A stretch of DNA of 64,000 nt, taken from assembly GCA_951406725.2 (NCBI GenBank), contig OX597818.1, positions 23,064,001 through 23,128,000 on the forward strand, given 5' to 3'. Under the pieces are notes generated by a model, which worked only from the letters and a program-made list of their open reading frames with translations, searched no databases and had not been told where the DNA came from. Below are positions 1 through 12,948 of the stretch, in pieces. This DNA is from Octopus vulgaris (taxonomy: Eukaryota). Positions within the stretch are counted from its first letter, which is position 1. Each line of letters begins with the position of its first letter. The position numbers were made by a program, and so were the translations under genes.

Positions 1-721
1 GCATCTGGAGATCTAATAAAAAAAATCACCTTTCTTTGGTTTTTGTCTTCCATGGTTACATTTCACTCATCATTTTTGATTCAAATCACACATCCATATT
101 AGCACAGTAATTTCTCCTGCACACATGAGCCTCATGTCCAGTCACCTTCTTCATTTATTTGTGCTCAGCTTTTCAGACAAGACAGCCTGGCATATCCAGC
201 AAACCATTTTTGCTCCACTTCTCTACAATCTAGAGAACTTCCATTTTCAATGCTAGGCTGACAACCCATTATGAACTAAGATGCTAATTGAATTCATGAG
301 CTATTCTCAATTTCCTGTTGTAGCTACGTTACTTTATTGTAAATATCCCTGCAAAGGCATCACTATCAAAATGTCCATCACACTCCACTGAAGTCATTAG
401 AGCTTCTTGACTATTTATTGTGCTAGTGCCATGTAAAAAGCACTGAGTCCACTCTGCTGAGTGGTTGGTTTTAGGAAGGGATCCAGCTGTAAAAATCCTG
501 CCAAAACAGTCACAGAAGTCTGGTGCAGGCTTCTGTTTGGCCAGCTTTTGTAAAACTGTCCCACCCATGCTAGTATGGAAGGCAGGTGTTAAACAATGAT
601 GATTATGAAGATATTTATGGTGTGTGATAAATACTTAAAGTGTGAATGTGTTTATGCACGTATCTTGTGTATGTAAGTGAATATTTATGTGTATGTGTTT
701 TTTTTTTGTTAATTTTTGCAG

Positions 722-821
722 AAGATTCTAAGTTGAAAAAACAACAGCTAGTGATGGAAATTATGTCAGAAATGAAATCTGAGAAAAAGAAGGCCTCCAA
801 AAAGAAAGCATCTTCAGTAAG
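722..821 (+). CDS. Penultimate coding exon of a plus-strand gene entering from the left; Lys-rich C-terminal region, possibly UPF0711/C18orf21-like
   Basis: Acceptor tttttgcag, donor AG|gtgaga, 100 nt, open frame (E)DSKLKKQQLVMEIMSEMKSEKKKASKKKASSV; phase matches the exon at 3501. Confidence 0.75.
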
Positions 822-2517
822 GTGAGACTTAAAAGAAAGTTTTGTGTGTTTATGCGGTAGGGGGATTTGATAAAGTACCAGTAAGTATTAATATTGATGT
901 AATCAATTATTCCCCACCCTTCAAATTTCAGGCTTTATGCTACATTTGAAACAGTTGTTGTTGTTATTATTATTAGTAAGGTGGCGAGCTGACAGAATTG
1001 TTAGCACACTATGCAAAATGTTTAATGGCATTTTGTCTGTTTTAGATTCTGAGTTCAAATTGTGCTGAGGTCAACTTTGACTTTCATCCCTTTGTGGTCA
1101 ATAAAATAAGAATTACTTGAGCAATAGGCTCAATCTAATCAACTTAGCCATCCCTTTACTCCTTCCCTTGGAATTTCTGGCTCTTTAAGTTCAAATTTTG
1201 CCAAAGTCAATTTTGTCTTTCATCTTTCCAGAAATGGTGAAATAAAGTACCTGTAAAATCTTGGGGTTAATGGCATTGACTAATTTCTCCCCTCAAAATT
1301 ACTCGCCTTGTACCTTAATTCAAAGGTTGGTGAATAACAAAATTGTTGGAGTGTTGGACAAAATATACCTTGCAGTATTTGTTCTGACTCTTTACATTCT
1401 TTTTTCAAATTCTTTACTTTTCATCATCTTCCAGGGGGTGTGGGACATCAAAATAAAGTACCAGTCAAATACTGGGGTCAATGTAACTGACTGTCCCCTT
1501 CCCTAAAATTTCAGGCCTTGTCCTTATCGTAGAAAGGATTGGGACAGGAAGCTGGCAGAATCATTAACATGTCAGACAATATGATGCTAAGTAGAAAGGA
1601 TTATTATAAGTAGTAGCAGTAGAATAGAGAAGTAGATTGGTAGAATTGATAAAGCACAAGTCCTATTTTGCCTTTAAATCTCTTCTTGAATTGATAAATG
1701 CCAGTCAAATATTTTTGTCTTCTTGTAATGGCATTCACCCAGGAGGGATTAAGCTAGCTCCTATTGTGAGTTCATAAGAGTCTCAAGGGATGATCAACCT
1801 GCAAAAACAGTTCTTGTCTGTATTTATAAGTCACCATTCACGACCAATGGCAGGTGGTAGTCCTGTTGCACATACTCACCACAGATGTGATCCAACGCCA
1901 CCAGGAAGGCACCGGATTCTGGAATTCACTATTACCCTCCTGTTAGCTGGGTTGTGGCCCTAGCACCACCAGGTATCAGACCTGTCTATCTTGGAAGGCC
2001 CTGCCAGGAACTCTCAACGGCATAGCTCTGACACTCATTTAACCTTCCCACCATGATAGGATCAACTCTACAGTGCCTCTATTAGAAAAGGTAGAAATAA
2101 CAATAGACAAATAGTATTTAATGTACATATTTTGTTATGAGTTCAAATTCTGCATGTTGATTTATCATTCATCCTGCCAAGATTGATACTGGGGATTATT
2201 TGAAATAACTTTACTCTTCTTCCATATGAGTTTGGGTTGTACCAGTATCAGAAGCCATTATTAATTTGGCTTGTGGAATGACATATTTCGTTGAGTAATG
2301 GACACAAGCTTTTGTGGTTCTTTGTTACAGTCTGTTGCATCTTGAGTTCAGAGTGAATAAGATGGATGTGAGTCAAGCATTGGGGTTAATTTAATTTGAC
2401 TGTTCTTCTCCCCAGTTTTATGATCTTACACCAATTTTAGAAATCATTTATATATTGGATAACAAATATTAGAGACACATACTGAGTATGATTTAACCAA
2501 CTGTACCCTACATTATG

Positions 2518-2771
2518 TGGAGGCACATGGCCTAGTGGTTAGAGCAGTGGACTCATGGTCAAGGGATTGCGGGTTCGAATCTCAGACCGGGCGATGTGTG
2601 CTCCGGCAGAAGGTAATGGCAAACTTCTGCTGACTCTTTCGCCACAACTTTCTCTCACTCTTTCTTGCTGCTCACCTGCGATGGACCGGCGTCCCGTCCA
2701 GGTGGGGAACCTATATGCCAAGGAAACTGGCCCTTATGAACCAGGCGTGGTTCGAGAAGGCACAAACAACA
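2518..2771 (+). mobile_element. tRNA-derived SINE with target-site duplication
   Basis: tRNA-like head (tggcctagtggtt A box, gggttcgaatc B box), (aac)n tail, 13-bp TSD accctacattatg at 2505-2517 and 2772-2784. Confidence 0.85.
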
Positions 2772-3500
2772 ACCCTACATTATGCGTATACTTGTGCCAC
2801 AGTAAGAAATTGTTAATACTGTGAGGTTCTTGGATATAACTTGGCATTTTCAGTAGATGTCAAACAAAATACCATCTGGTATCTATGCAGTCCTTTATGT
2901 TCTTAGTTCAAATCCTGCTGAGATCAGTTTTGCCTTTCATCCTTCAGTAGTTAATGAAATAAATTGCCAGTCTAGTACTCAAATAACTGGTAATTTTTTT
3001 TACTTGTAAATTAATAAGAGGAGGGGCAATGTCTGTAACTTTTGCATGACTTTCCAGGTTGGTGGAATTTATAGGGGACTTCAATGCCAGCCTCACAGTC
3101 TGTGGGTCAATATATGCTGATATGTGGGAGAAATATGGGTTAAGAAAGAATTGGGAAGCTGTCTGGAATGAATTCTGTTAAACATGCACTGAAACCAGGT
3201 AGTAGTGTTAAACCAGGCACTGCATTTGGTTGATCACCCTTTCTGTTAACTCCTCCAATAACTCACGCAGATGAATTTGAGCCAGTAACAATTTCATAGT
3301 GGGTATTGTTCTAAGACATGTGGCTAGCAGTGATTTCCAATTAGTTACTCTGGTTTAATTACTTTATTTTGTATGTCTTTAATAACTCTACAATTTGTTT
3401 AATTACATGTACAGTAAGTTTTAGTTGGGACTTGAAATTTTGCTTTTTAGTCAGATTTTGGCATCAAATATAACATACATTCTTTTCTCTTTCTCTCAAG

Positions 3501-3645
3501 TTCGGAAAAGCAACGCAATTCAAAACACAAAAAGACCAAAAAACAATCATCCTGGCAGGTGAAATGTGAAATGAAAGCACTTTTGAACAAAGAATCTACA
3601 GTTTCAAATGATGATTCTTTACTGAACTTTTTGCTGACTTCTTAA
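3501..3645 (+). CDS. Terminal coding exon of the same gene (possibly C18orf21/UPF0711-like)
   Basis: Strong acceptor tcttttctctttctctcaag. Splices in frame with 722-821 to give SEKQRNSKHKKTKKQSSWQVKCEMKALLNKESTVSNDDSLLNFLLTS*, TAA at 3643-3645. Identity rests on recalled similarity to the human C18orf21 C-terminus only. Confidence 0.7.
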
Positions 3646-5417
3646 TATTCTGATCAAGATTGCTCATATGTGTCTGTGAAGCAACCATGGGAAAGCAAAT
3701 AAGAGTAATATAAACAAATTTTCACAATTATTCTTCAAAACATTGTGAGTCAACTTCATTTTCATCTTTCTATGGGGTCGATAAAATAAATACCAATCAT
3801 TTACTAGTAGACAAACTGAATATACTCTCCTACAAAGTTTGCATAATGCTTCACAGCATTTTATTTGTCTTTACATTCTAAGTTCAAATTCTGTTAAAGT
3901 CAACATTGTCTTTCATCCTTTTGGGGGTCAATAAATTAAGTACCAGTGAAACACTGGGGTCAATGTAATTGACTAGTCTCCACCCCCAAAATTTCAGGGT
4001 TTGTGCCTTTTACAGAAAGAATTATCATTGTGATGATGATGGCAGAATTTTTAATAAGCTGGATAAAATGCTTAGTGGCGTTTTGACTTTACCTTTCTGG
4101 GGTCAATAAAATAAATACCAGCTGAGCACCAGGGTTGATATAATCAACTAACTCTCTCCCACCAAAATTTCAGGCCTTGTGCCTGGTGGCCATTGGCAGA
4201 ATTGAAATATTGCCTTGCAATATTTATTTTTGACCTATGAAAAAAGCACCCATACACACTGTAAAGTGGTTGGTGTTAAGAAGGGCTACAGAAACCTGAG
4301 CCAAAGCTGACATGGAGCATGATGCAACCCTATGGTTCATTGGATCCTGTCAAAACTGTCCAACTCATGCCTGCATGAAAAATGGATGTTAAATGATGAC
4401 GATTTGTACTGAATTCAGATTCTTCCAGCTTTACCTTGAAATCTCTCATAATTAATAAAATAAAAACCATTCAGATTCTGGAAGTCAATTTAATTGACTG
4501 TACACACCCTACAAAAGATTTGTGTCTTAGTTAGAATCATTTTCCATTTCAGTTCAAATTCTGCCTTTGGCAACTTTGCCTTTCAACTCCCTGGAAGTAA
4601 TTAAATAAGTACCAGATAACTATTGAAACTGATGCAGTAAACTGTATTATCCCTATCAGAATGTCTAGCCTTGTGATAAAGATTGAAATCAATTAGTGTT
4701 TAAGAATATTCCTTTACATGCATCAAAGTAGACTCTCTCTTTCATTCCTTTAAAGTTGATAAAATTAGAACCAATGAAATACTGAAATAGATTTAATATT
4801 GTGTTTTTCTGTCAATCTTATATAAGCACTGTTGTATTGTCAAAGACTTCATCTTTAAATATTCTTGTACTGCATGTAATCTCTGATAATTCTTTCCCAA
4901 ACCATCTTGTAACTGGACTTGGAATTTCTAGATAAAAAAAATCATCATCATTGTTTTAACTTCCAGTTTTCGATGCTCACATGGCTTAGAAACCATGCCA
5001 AAAATGAAATCTAAGAGTGAGAAATGGTCCTCTGGCCCATCTAGGAGGACAGTAATTCCAAATAAGAACTGAATCAGTATTTGGTAATGGAAAAACATGT
5101 ATTGCTACTGGTGCTATACCAATAAAGTTGAACTTTGGTTTATAGTCATTAATAGTGAAACTTCTAAATATTTTAGATCTTTCTTGACAGGTAAAAAAAA
5201 CCCATCCTTCTGCAGGGAAATTTTTTTTCCCCTCTTATTTTTCTCTTGTTGGTGGGAGTTCAAGATAATGTGATACTTATGAATTTATCAAATCTGAGGT
5301 TAAAATTCTTGCAACAACAAAATCTAAGTATATAATGTAATGGAATTTGCTTGGTGGTGGTAATAGTGAGGATGATATTGCAATTAAAACGATTTTCTCA
5401 GAAATAATCAAAAATAG

Positions 5418-5423
5418 TTTATT
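5418..5423 (-). terminator. Candidate CBS polyadenylation signal
   Basis: AATAAA on the minus strand about 740 nt after the stop; the AT-rich context makes this weak. Confidence 0.3.
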
Positions 5424-6161
5424 TAAAATACCATCAAATCATAATCTTTAGATATTTTCTGTTAACATACTAATTCAACGGAATTTGTATTGTTAGATAT
5501 AAGTACCAAATTTTCAAAATGCCCAGACTTTCGTTTCTTGATGTAATTTTAAATTCAGATAAAAAAAAGATAGCTCTTAAAACAATAAGCATATGTTAAA
5601 CATAAAATTTAGAAGCAAAAATGAAAAAAAAACAAACAATAATGATAATTATAAAGTAGCAAATATTCAGTATGAACTCTTACAGAATTACTCTAACATC
5701 TGTCCATAACCTGCGGCTTTAGAAGAAGAAACATAACCTAATATAGAGAACACAAAATTTCCAGATAAATTTAAGTGAATAACAAATATTTGAACTGGAG
5801 GCTTCTTTTAGAAGTTAGCTTATACACCTATTAAAGCATAGCTAATCAATTATATACTTCTTAGGCGCATGCCTTAGCTCGGCGTTCGCCGTCCGCCCGT
5901 CAAACTTTATATGAAACCTATATATATGACCAGTACAGGATAACTAATAAAAATTTATGCTAAAGTAATTATAAATTTTAGTGGCAATGAATTATAAAAT
6001 ATTCAAAATATTAAAAATTATGTGCACCATATTCCATTGAAAAAATAAGTTAAAAGAAAAACATTTTGTAATATTCAACATATAAGATCAGCACCATGTA
6101 AGAGAATATGTACCATTAGAAATATAATGTGATAAAAACTGGTAACAAGCTGGAAGGATTA

Positions 6162-6277
6162 TTAGTGTGTGCCATTGTTAATTCCATGGGTGTCTTTTTT
6201 TGACAAGAAATTAAGAAGATCCAGACGAGTAGCAATTCCAAAGATGTTCGTTTGGACAGAACCATGAAGATGACCAC
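6162..6277 (-). CDS. CBS: CBS terminal coding exon 15
   Basis: 116 nt, [38 protein letters not shown]; acceptor ttttctcattacag; aligns to human VFGVVTAIDLLNFV. Confidence 0.93.
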
Positions 6278-9200
6278 CTGTAATGAGAAAAATATCAAAT
6301 GTAAAAATTATGAGGCAAAATGCTATTTAGGAACTATTTCCCAAAATGCTAAGAATTAGAGAGTAATACCAAATAATTTTTTGTGTTTCAATTAAGTCAA
6401 TTTAAAAATAAAAAAACCAATTTTTTTTTTCATGATTGTTTTAATGTTCTCTTTTCTATGCTGGCATTGTTTGGATGGAATTTGTTGACCTGAATTTTTT
6501 ATGGCTGGATGCCCATTCTTTTGTCAACTTCACCTGTTTCCAAGTAAGGTAATATTTCTGCATGGGGCTGTTTAGCTTATTGGCAGAGCACTCAGCTGGT
6601 ATTCGAGGGGATATGGGTTTAATTCTCATAGCTGCCTGTTGGCAACTTTCTTTGTCTGACCAATGCCAGCATAGAAAATGGATGTTAAATGATGATGATG
6701 AGGAGGAGGACCAGACATATTTTCATGGATGACTGGAAATGAAGGATATCACTTGCATGACACAATGAAACTCATTCACAGCTATCATGCAATGTTAAGA
6801 TAAGGAAACTAACACACACTAGGCTTTTTTCAGTTTCTGTCTACCAAATCCATTCACAAGGCTTTGGTTGACCTGAGGACCATAGTAGAAGACACTTGCC
6901 TAAGATGCCATGCTGTGGGACTAAATCTAAAACCATGTGGTTGAGAAGCAAACTTCTTACCATACAGCCACACCTTCAGGCATGATGGTGGAATTATAGA
7001 TATTAGAACTTTGTTACTTTTACAAAGGAATTGTCTTAAAATTGAAAATCAACTTAATGTATGTTTAATTAGATTTTTAAAAATTTTTGATAAGACATTG
7101 CAGTATTAAAAATTAAGCTATAATTAAATATTGTTTATCTTACTTGTTTCAGTCATTGGACTGTGGCTATGCTGGGGCATTGCAGCAGATTTTTTTTTGG
7201 GGGGCGGGGGGGATCAACAGATCAATCCCAGTACTTATTTTTATTCTAATGACCTCTTTGTTTCCTGAAATAAATGAGGCACAGGCATGGCTATGATACT
7301 ATAGGCAAGTGTCTTCTACTATAGCCTCGGGCTGACCAAAGCCTTATGAGTGGATTTGGTAGATGGAAACTGAAAGAAGCCCATCGTATATATATATATA
7401 TGTGTGTGTCTGTCCCACAACATCGCTTGTTAACCGATGCTGGTGAGTTTACGTCACCGTAACTTAGCGGTTCAGCAAAAGAGACCAATAGAATAAGTAC
7501 TAGGCTTACAAAGAATAAGCCCTGGGGTCAATTTCTTTGACTAAAGGCGGTGCTCCAGCATGGCCACAGTCAAATGACTGAAACAAGTAAAAGAGTAGTC
7601 AGTCAGATCCCAAGAAATGGCCTAGCTGGCAACATGCTGAGCCTACAAGAAAATTTTGTGTTGGCTCTGTAGTTATTTGGATGACTCTTAATAGCAGCCC
7701 TATCTCTCTCAAATTACACTCTACTGTTTGGAAAGAGAAAGGACACATTAGACAGTCCTGGACATATACAGCCTCCAGAAATAAAGATGAAATTGTAACA
7801 ACAGAAATTGTTTTGGTCATCATAGGTCTGCTCAAAGGAAACTAAACAATAAGTGGCAACATTTGAGATTTGTGCTGAGATGAAGCTAAACATGTCATAA
7901 ATATATGAGGGTAAGTCAGAAAGTAATGCAAATCATATTTGCATCATCATCATTGTCATTTAACATCCGCTTTCCATGCTGGCATGGGTTGGACGGTTTG
8001 ACTGAGGGCTGGCAAGCCAGAAAAGAATTCTAAATACTTTAGATGAGACTAGAAACAAGTGTTTTAATAAAAAATAAAACATTTAGTAGAACTGAGAATA
8101 AAATTACTAGTGAAATGGTATTGCAAGAGAAATTAAAAAAAAAAAAAACAACTAATAGAGATTACTTTGCTTGAAAAACAATTGTTGAAGGTTTGCTGAC
8201 TTGTAGGCAAAAGAAGAGACAAATTTGCAATTGGAGATTCATAATTCTGTACTCAAACACAAAACCAATGTTTAATCAAAAGAGTGACGTCAATAAATAT
8301 ATACAATTTGGTTAGGAAATGAAGATAATTGTCAGCTAAACATATCAAAACATTTTGGCTATTTTAAAAGACGCAACTCAATCTTAATGCATACTTACGT
8401 TGTGGCTGATCATGTAGAATGAGAACAAACTGGTCTGTGTCAAGCAAATGAGATAACTGTCCAACTGTAGCACTTGTTGGCATCTAAAGCAGCAAAAATA
8501 AAAATAATAATAGTAATAACAACAACAAAATAACATTACAAATCATTCAGATGGATGTCATTTGAAACTTCATTCATGATAAACAAAAACTAATTTACCT
8601 GCTTGTATTGATTATACAATATTTTTGAAACAGGGTCACAGAGTTTCACTTTTTTGTGTGTGATGTTTGACATCATACTTCCAACAGTTACCATTCCAAG
8701 TATTTTTCTAAGAGTAAAAAAAAAAACACTTTTAAAAAGTAGATCTAGTTTGTTAGAAATTACATCTAATGTAATGTTATATTTTTAAAAAAAACTATTA
8801 GTGAGCATTTTCAACTAAAAGACAATAAAAAAATAAAATAAATCAAAGCCTGATTTGTACAGTTTCATATACTATTGATGAAACAGTAAACTAATATTGG
8901 CATATTAAGTTTAAACTTAAGATATTGTTAAGTTATTCTCAAAGTGTTCCCAGCTATGATGCTAACAATATTTCCAAGACAAAAAACAAACAGAACATTT
9001 TGTGTGTGGATGTTGAATTGCTACTATTTGAATAATAAAGAAATTTTTTTTACAAAGAAGCTCTTATAATTTAACAGGATTATGCAGTCAAGACACAAAT
9101 CTATCCTACAATAAGTGCACCTACTTTTAAAATGGACAGGTCAAGACTACAATGGATGTAGCAAAAATCGAAATGAATAGGTCAAGTGTTAAGTCTGAGT

Positions 9201-11987
9201 CTGACTGACTCACTCACTCACTAATGTAATAGATAAATAATTAGACATCCCTAATATATTAGGGATGTCATTGCACCATATACTTACCCTTCCTCATCAA
9301 CAACTGGTACTTGATCAAAGCTGTTTTTGTTTAGCAGTTCAAGAGCATGTTGTATACCTGTATTTGGAGTTATAATTGTTGGAGTATTTAGCTTTAATGA
9401 AGTAACAGGCAAGTTTGACCACCTGGAATAAATCGACAAAGAAACATATCAAGCACTGAATAATTTCATTTGTTACAAAACTCACCAGCCAAAGAGACAA
9501 ACTTTAAATCAAGCAACATTATACAATCTACTCACAGTTTTGATTTAACAATTATTCATACATTTGATGTAATATTTACTCATACACATTTAACACTCAA
9601 TATGATAGTTAGACACACACATTTCACAGGGTCATTAAGAATTTCCAAGGAGAAATTGAATATATTTTATTACCAACCATTCATCATTCAGTTGTGGTTT
9701 ATCTAATTTCAGGAAATTTCGTTGACTCATCCAATTATCACTAAGAAACTTGGTCCTACAGAAGAAAGAGGATAAGATTTGTCAGTAATAAAATACAAGT
9801 ATTGTACATAAGTATTTTCATTCATGAGAAGATCAATAAGAAATATCAATTGCGCAGCTAGATAATTAGTCTAAATTCACCGATTAACTTTCAGGCATGG
9901 CTGTGTAGTAAAGTGTTTACTTCCTGACAACAACAACAATGATGATGATTCTATGTTCAGTCCCATCGTCTGGCACTTTTGTTGAAAGCTATGAGTTCTG
10001 CTATAGCCTCAGGCACATACATACATATATATGTATGTATGTGTGTGTGGGGGTGTTTGTTCCCTCACCATCTCTTGACAACTGGTGTTGGTTTGTTTAC
10101 ACCCCAGTAACTTAGTGGTTCAGCAAAAAGGACCAACAGAATAAATACAAGAGTTGATCTGTTCAGCTAAAACCTTTCAAGGCAGTGCCACAGTATGGCT
10201 GCATCCCAGTGATTGAAACAAATAAAAGATATAACTGTAGTCAAAGGAGGTAGCAAATACATAGTCCTACACTGGTTTCAGACTATAAAAGGAAATCTAG
10301 TAATACTAAGATAAAGATCTCTATAGACTGACTCAGCATTAAATTGGAGGAGCCATTTTCATTTGCTTTTTTCTTTTTGAGAGAATGAAACCATTCAAAA
10401 TATCCATTTCTTATATCTTTTATCTTTTACTTGCTTCAGTCACACAAAGGGTATTAGTCAAAATAATCGACATATATAAATAAATTTAAATAAGCAGAAA
10501 ATGGAGAAAACTTTTGGTCAACAAACAAACAAATTAACCAACATAAATAAATCACTTTTTAATATATAACATTTCTTACGGCCGTTTCAGCTGCTCATGT
10601 CAATCAGTGCTTACAAAGAAAATTCCGAAAATAATATTCGCCATCTTTATAGTACATGGAGCTTCATCAGAGTGAATACAAATATAATAAATAAATGAAG
10701 GGAAGAGGAAAGAACAGGGCCTCAAGATGAAATCGACCACAGGACTTATTCTTTGTAAGCCTAGTACTTATTCTATTGGTCTCTTTTGCCGAACCGCTAA
10801 GTTTCTGGAAACGTAAACACACCAGCATCAGTTGTCAAGTGATGTTGGGGGACAAACACAGACACACACACACATATATATGACGGGCTTCTTTCAGTTT
10901 CTGTCTACCAAATCCACTCACAAGGCTTTGGTCGGCCCAAGGCTATAGTAGAAAACACTTGCCCAAGGTGCCATGCAGTGGGACTGAACCTGGAACCATG
11001 TGGCTGGTAAGCAAGCTACTTATCACACAGCCACTCCTGGAAAAATACACCTTAATCAATAATCAACTACCATATAATATCCAATCACATAATTTATTAA
11101 CCCACTACATGTGAACATCAAGGTCAAACATAACAGTATAGAACAAAACAATGCACATCAATGAGTAATATGATACAATAAGTACAATATGTATAAGTGA
11201 ATATAAATATAAACTACATCTTACAGCTGTTTCAGCCATGCAGATATGGGTATCTCATTATGCTCATATTAGCCAGGTGTGATAAGTTAATATGTGGTTA
11301 TAAATGAGACACTTAAAAAAATATCCCACGGCCTCTTCAGAGATTATAAAGTACAAACTAAACTAAATATAAATATCAGAGGAGGTACACCCATACAAGA
11401 GTGGGTACATACCCATAATATATAATATACATATACATATGGGTGCATATACCCATACTCCTATATATATATACACACATATATATATATAATAATATAC
11501 AACAATATACATACATGTGTTCTATATTCAAGGTTACAGTTGATCAACACAATATATTAGAATATTACAATATACAAACATACACATATCTATATTCAAA
11601 TGCACATATACAAAGTCAAGAGTTCATTATATTAAGTTACAAAATGCCATTAATATTACCATCATTCTCTCTCTCTTTGGGAGAGGCACAAGCACCTACA
11701 CGTACATGTACACACACGGCAGTAACTTCCGCCTGCCGAATTCAATCACAAAGCTTCGGTCGGCTCGGGGCTATAGCAGAAGACACCTACCCAAAGTGCC
11801 ACGCAGTGGGACTGAACCCGAAACCATGTAGCTAGGAAGCAAGCTCCCTAACCACACAGCCATGCCCGCGCCTACATTATTATTACTATTAGCACCATTG
11901 CTACTAATATTAATATTATTATTATTAATAACAACAATATATGCATCACGCGGTTCACAGTATCAACATCATAATATATTGGAATAG

Positions 11988-12040
<53 letters not shown>

Positions 12041-12917
12041 ACAAAACAGGAAAATAGAAATTTTTTGGTATTATTTCCTGTTTTGTAATACAATAATTCT
12101 GCAAATAATATTTCCATAATTCTCAATTTTAATATGTTATCTTGACTAACATACAAGAGTAACTATGGATACATATTGATAGTAATAATGGAATAAGCAG
12201 ATGTGCTTCAAGAGAAAACAGCTGGGATTTAGCCTGCATGCATGCATGTATGTAAGAAATAAGGATAAACACAAGTTTATATTATAGTCCCTGTTCATTT
12301 AGATGGTCAACTACAACAGGTCATCAAGGAATGCTTTACTGCATTAATTTACTAATAACTATGTCTCTACATACTTCCATCATTTATGCTTCTCTCTCTA
12401 TAAAAAGATAGATGAATGACAAGAGAAGTGGGACTGCAGAGTCCCTGTAGTCAAGAGGAGGACAGGGCTACCTCTATAGCGCTGGTATCACAAAAATAAA
12501 AAGCCCCATCCAGTGCACACTATAGAGTGTGTGGTTGTGAGGACTATTTAGTATTGATGAAGGTATGCTGCCTCTTTAGTGTTGGTGACATGAAAAAAAT
12601 CCCCCAGTTCAGTGGTTTGTGTTAGGAAGGACACCCAGCCATTGAAACTAAGCCAAGACAAAACACAAGGGAGATGAAGTCCCTCTCATCTGTCTAGGGT
12701 TAGAGAGGTCTGCTTATACTCTCTTTTACTCTTTTACTTGTTTCAGTCATTTGACTGCGGCCATGCTGGAGCACCGCCTTTTTAGTCGAGGAAATCGACC
12801 CCGGAACTTATTCTTTGTAAGCCCAGTACTTATTCTATCAGTCTCTTTTGCCGAACCGCTAAGTGACAGGGACGTAAACACACCAGCATCGGTTGTCAAG
12901 CAATGCTAGGGGGGCAA

Positions 12918-12948
<31 letters not shown>

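Noticed and set aside
2518-2600. tRNA gene-like sequence
   Set aside because: It is the head of a SINE with body, tail and TSD, and lacks a proper acceptor stem.
8250-8335. Alternative CBS terminal exon via tttag at 8336 ([27 protein letters not shown])
   Set aside because: It needs a 63-nt intron and has no CBS similarity; the 6162-6277 exon supplies the conserved C-terminal motif.
9672-9677. Second donor (gtaat) 4 nt past the exon 11 donor
   Set aside because: It would frameshift; the 78-nt exon keeps the frame and the conserved WW.
11443-12156. ORFs rich in YIYI, HTHT or CVCV here and elsewhere in the track
   Set aside because: Translations of (TA)n and (CA)n microsatellites and SINEs.
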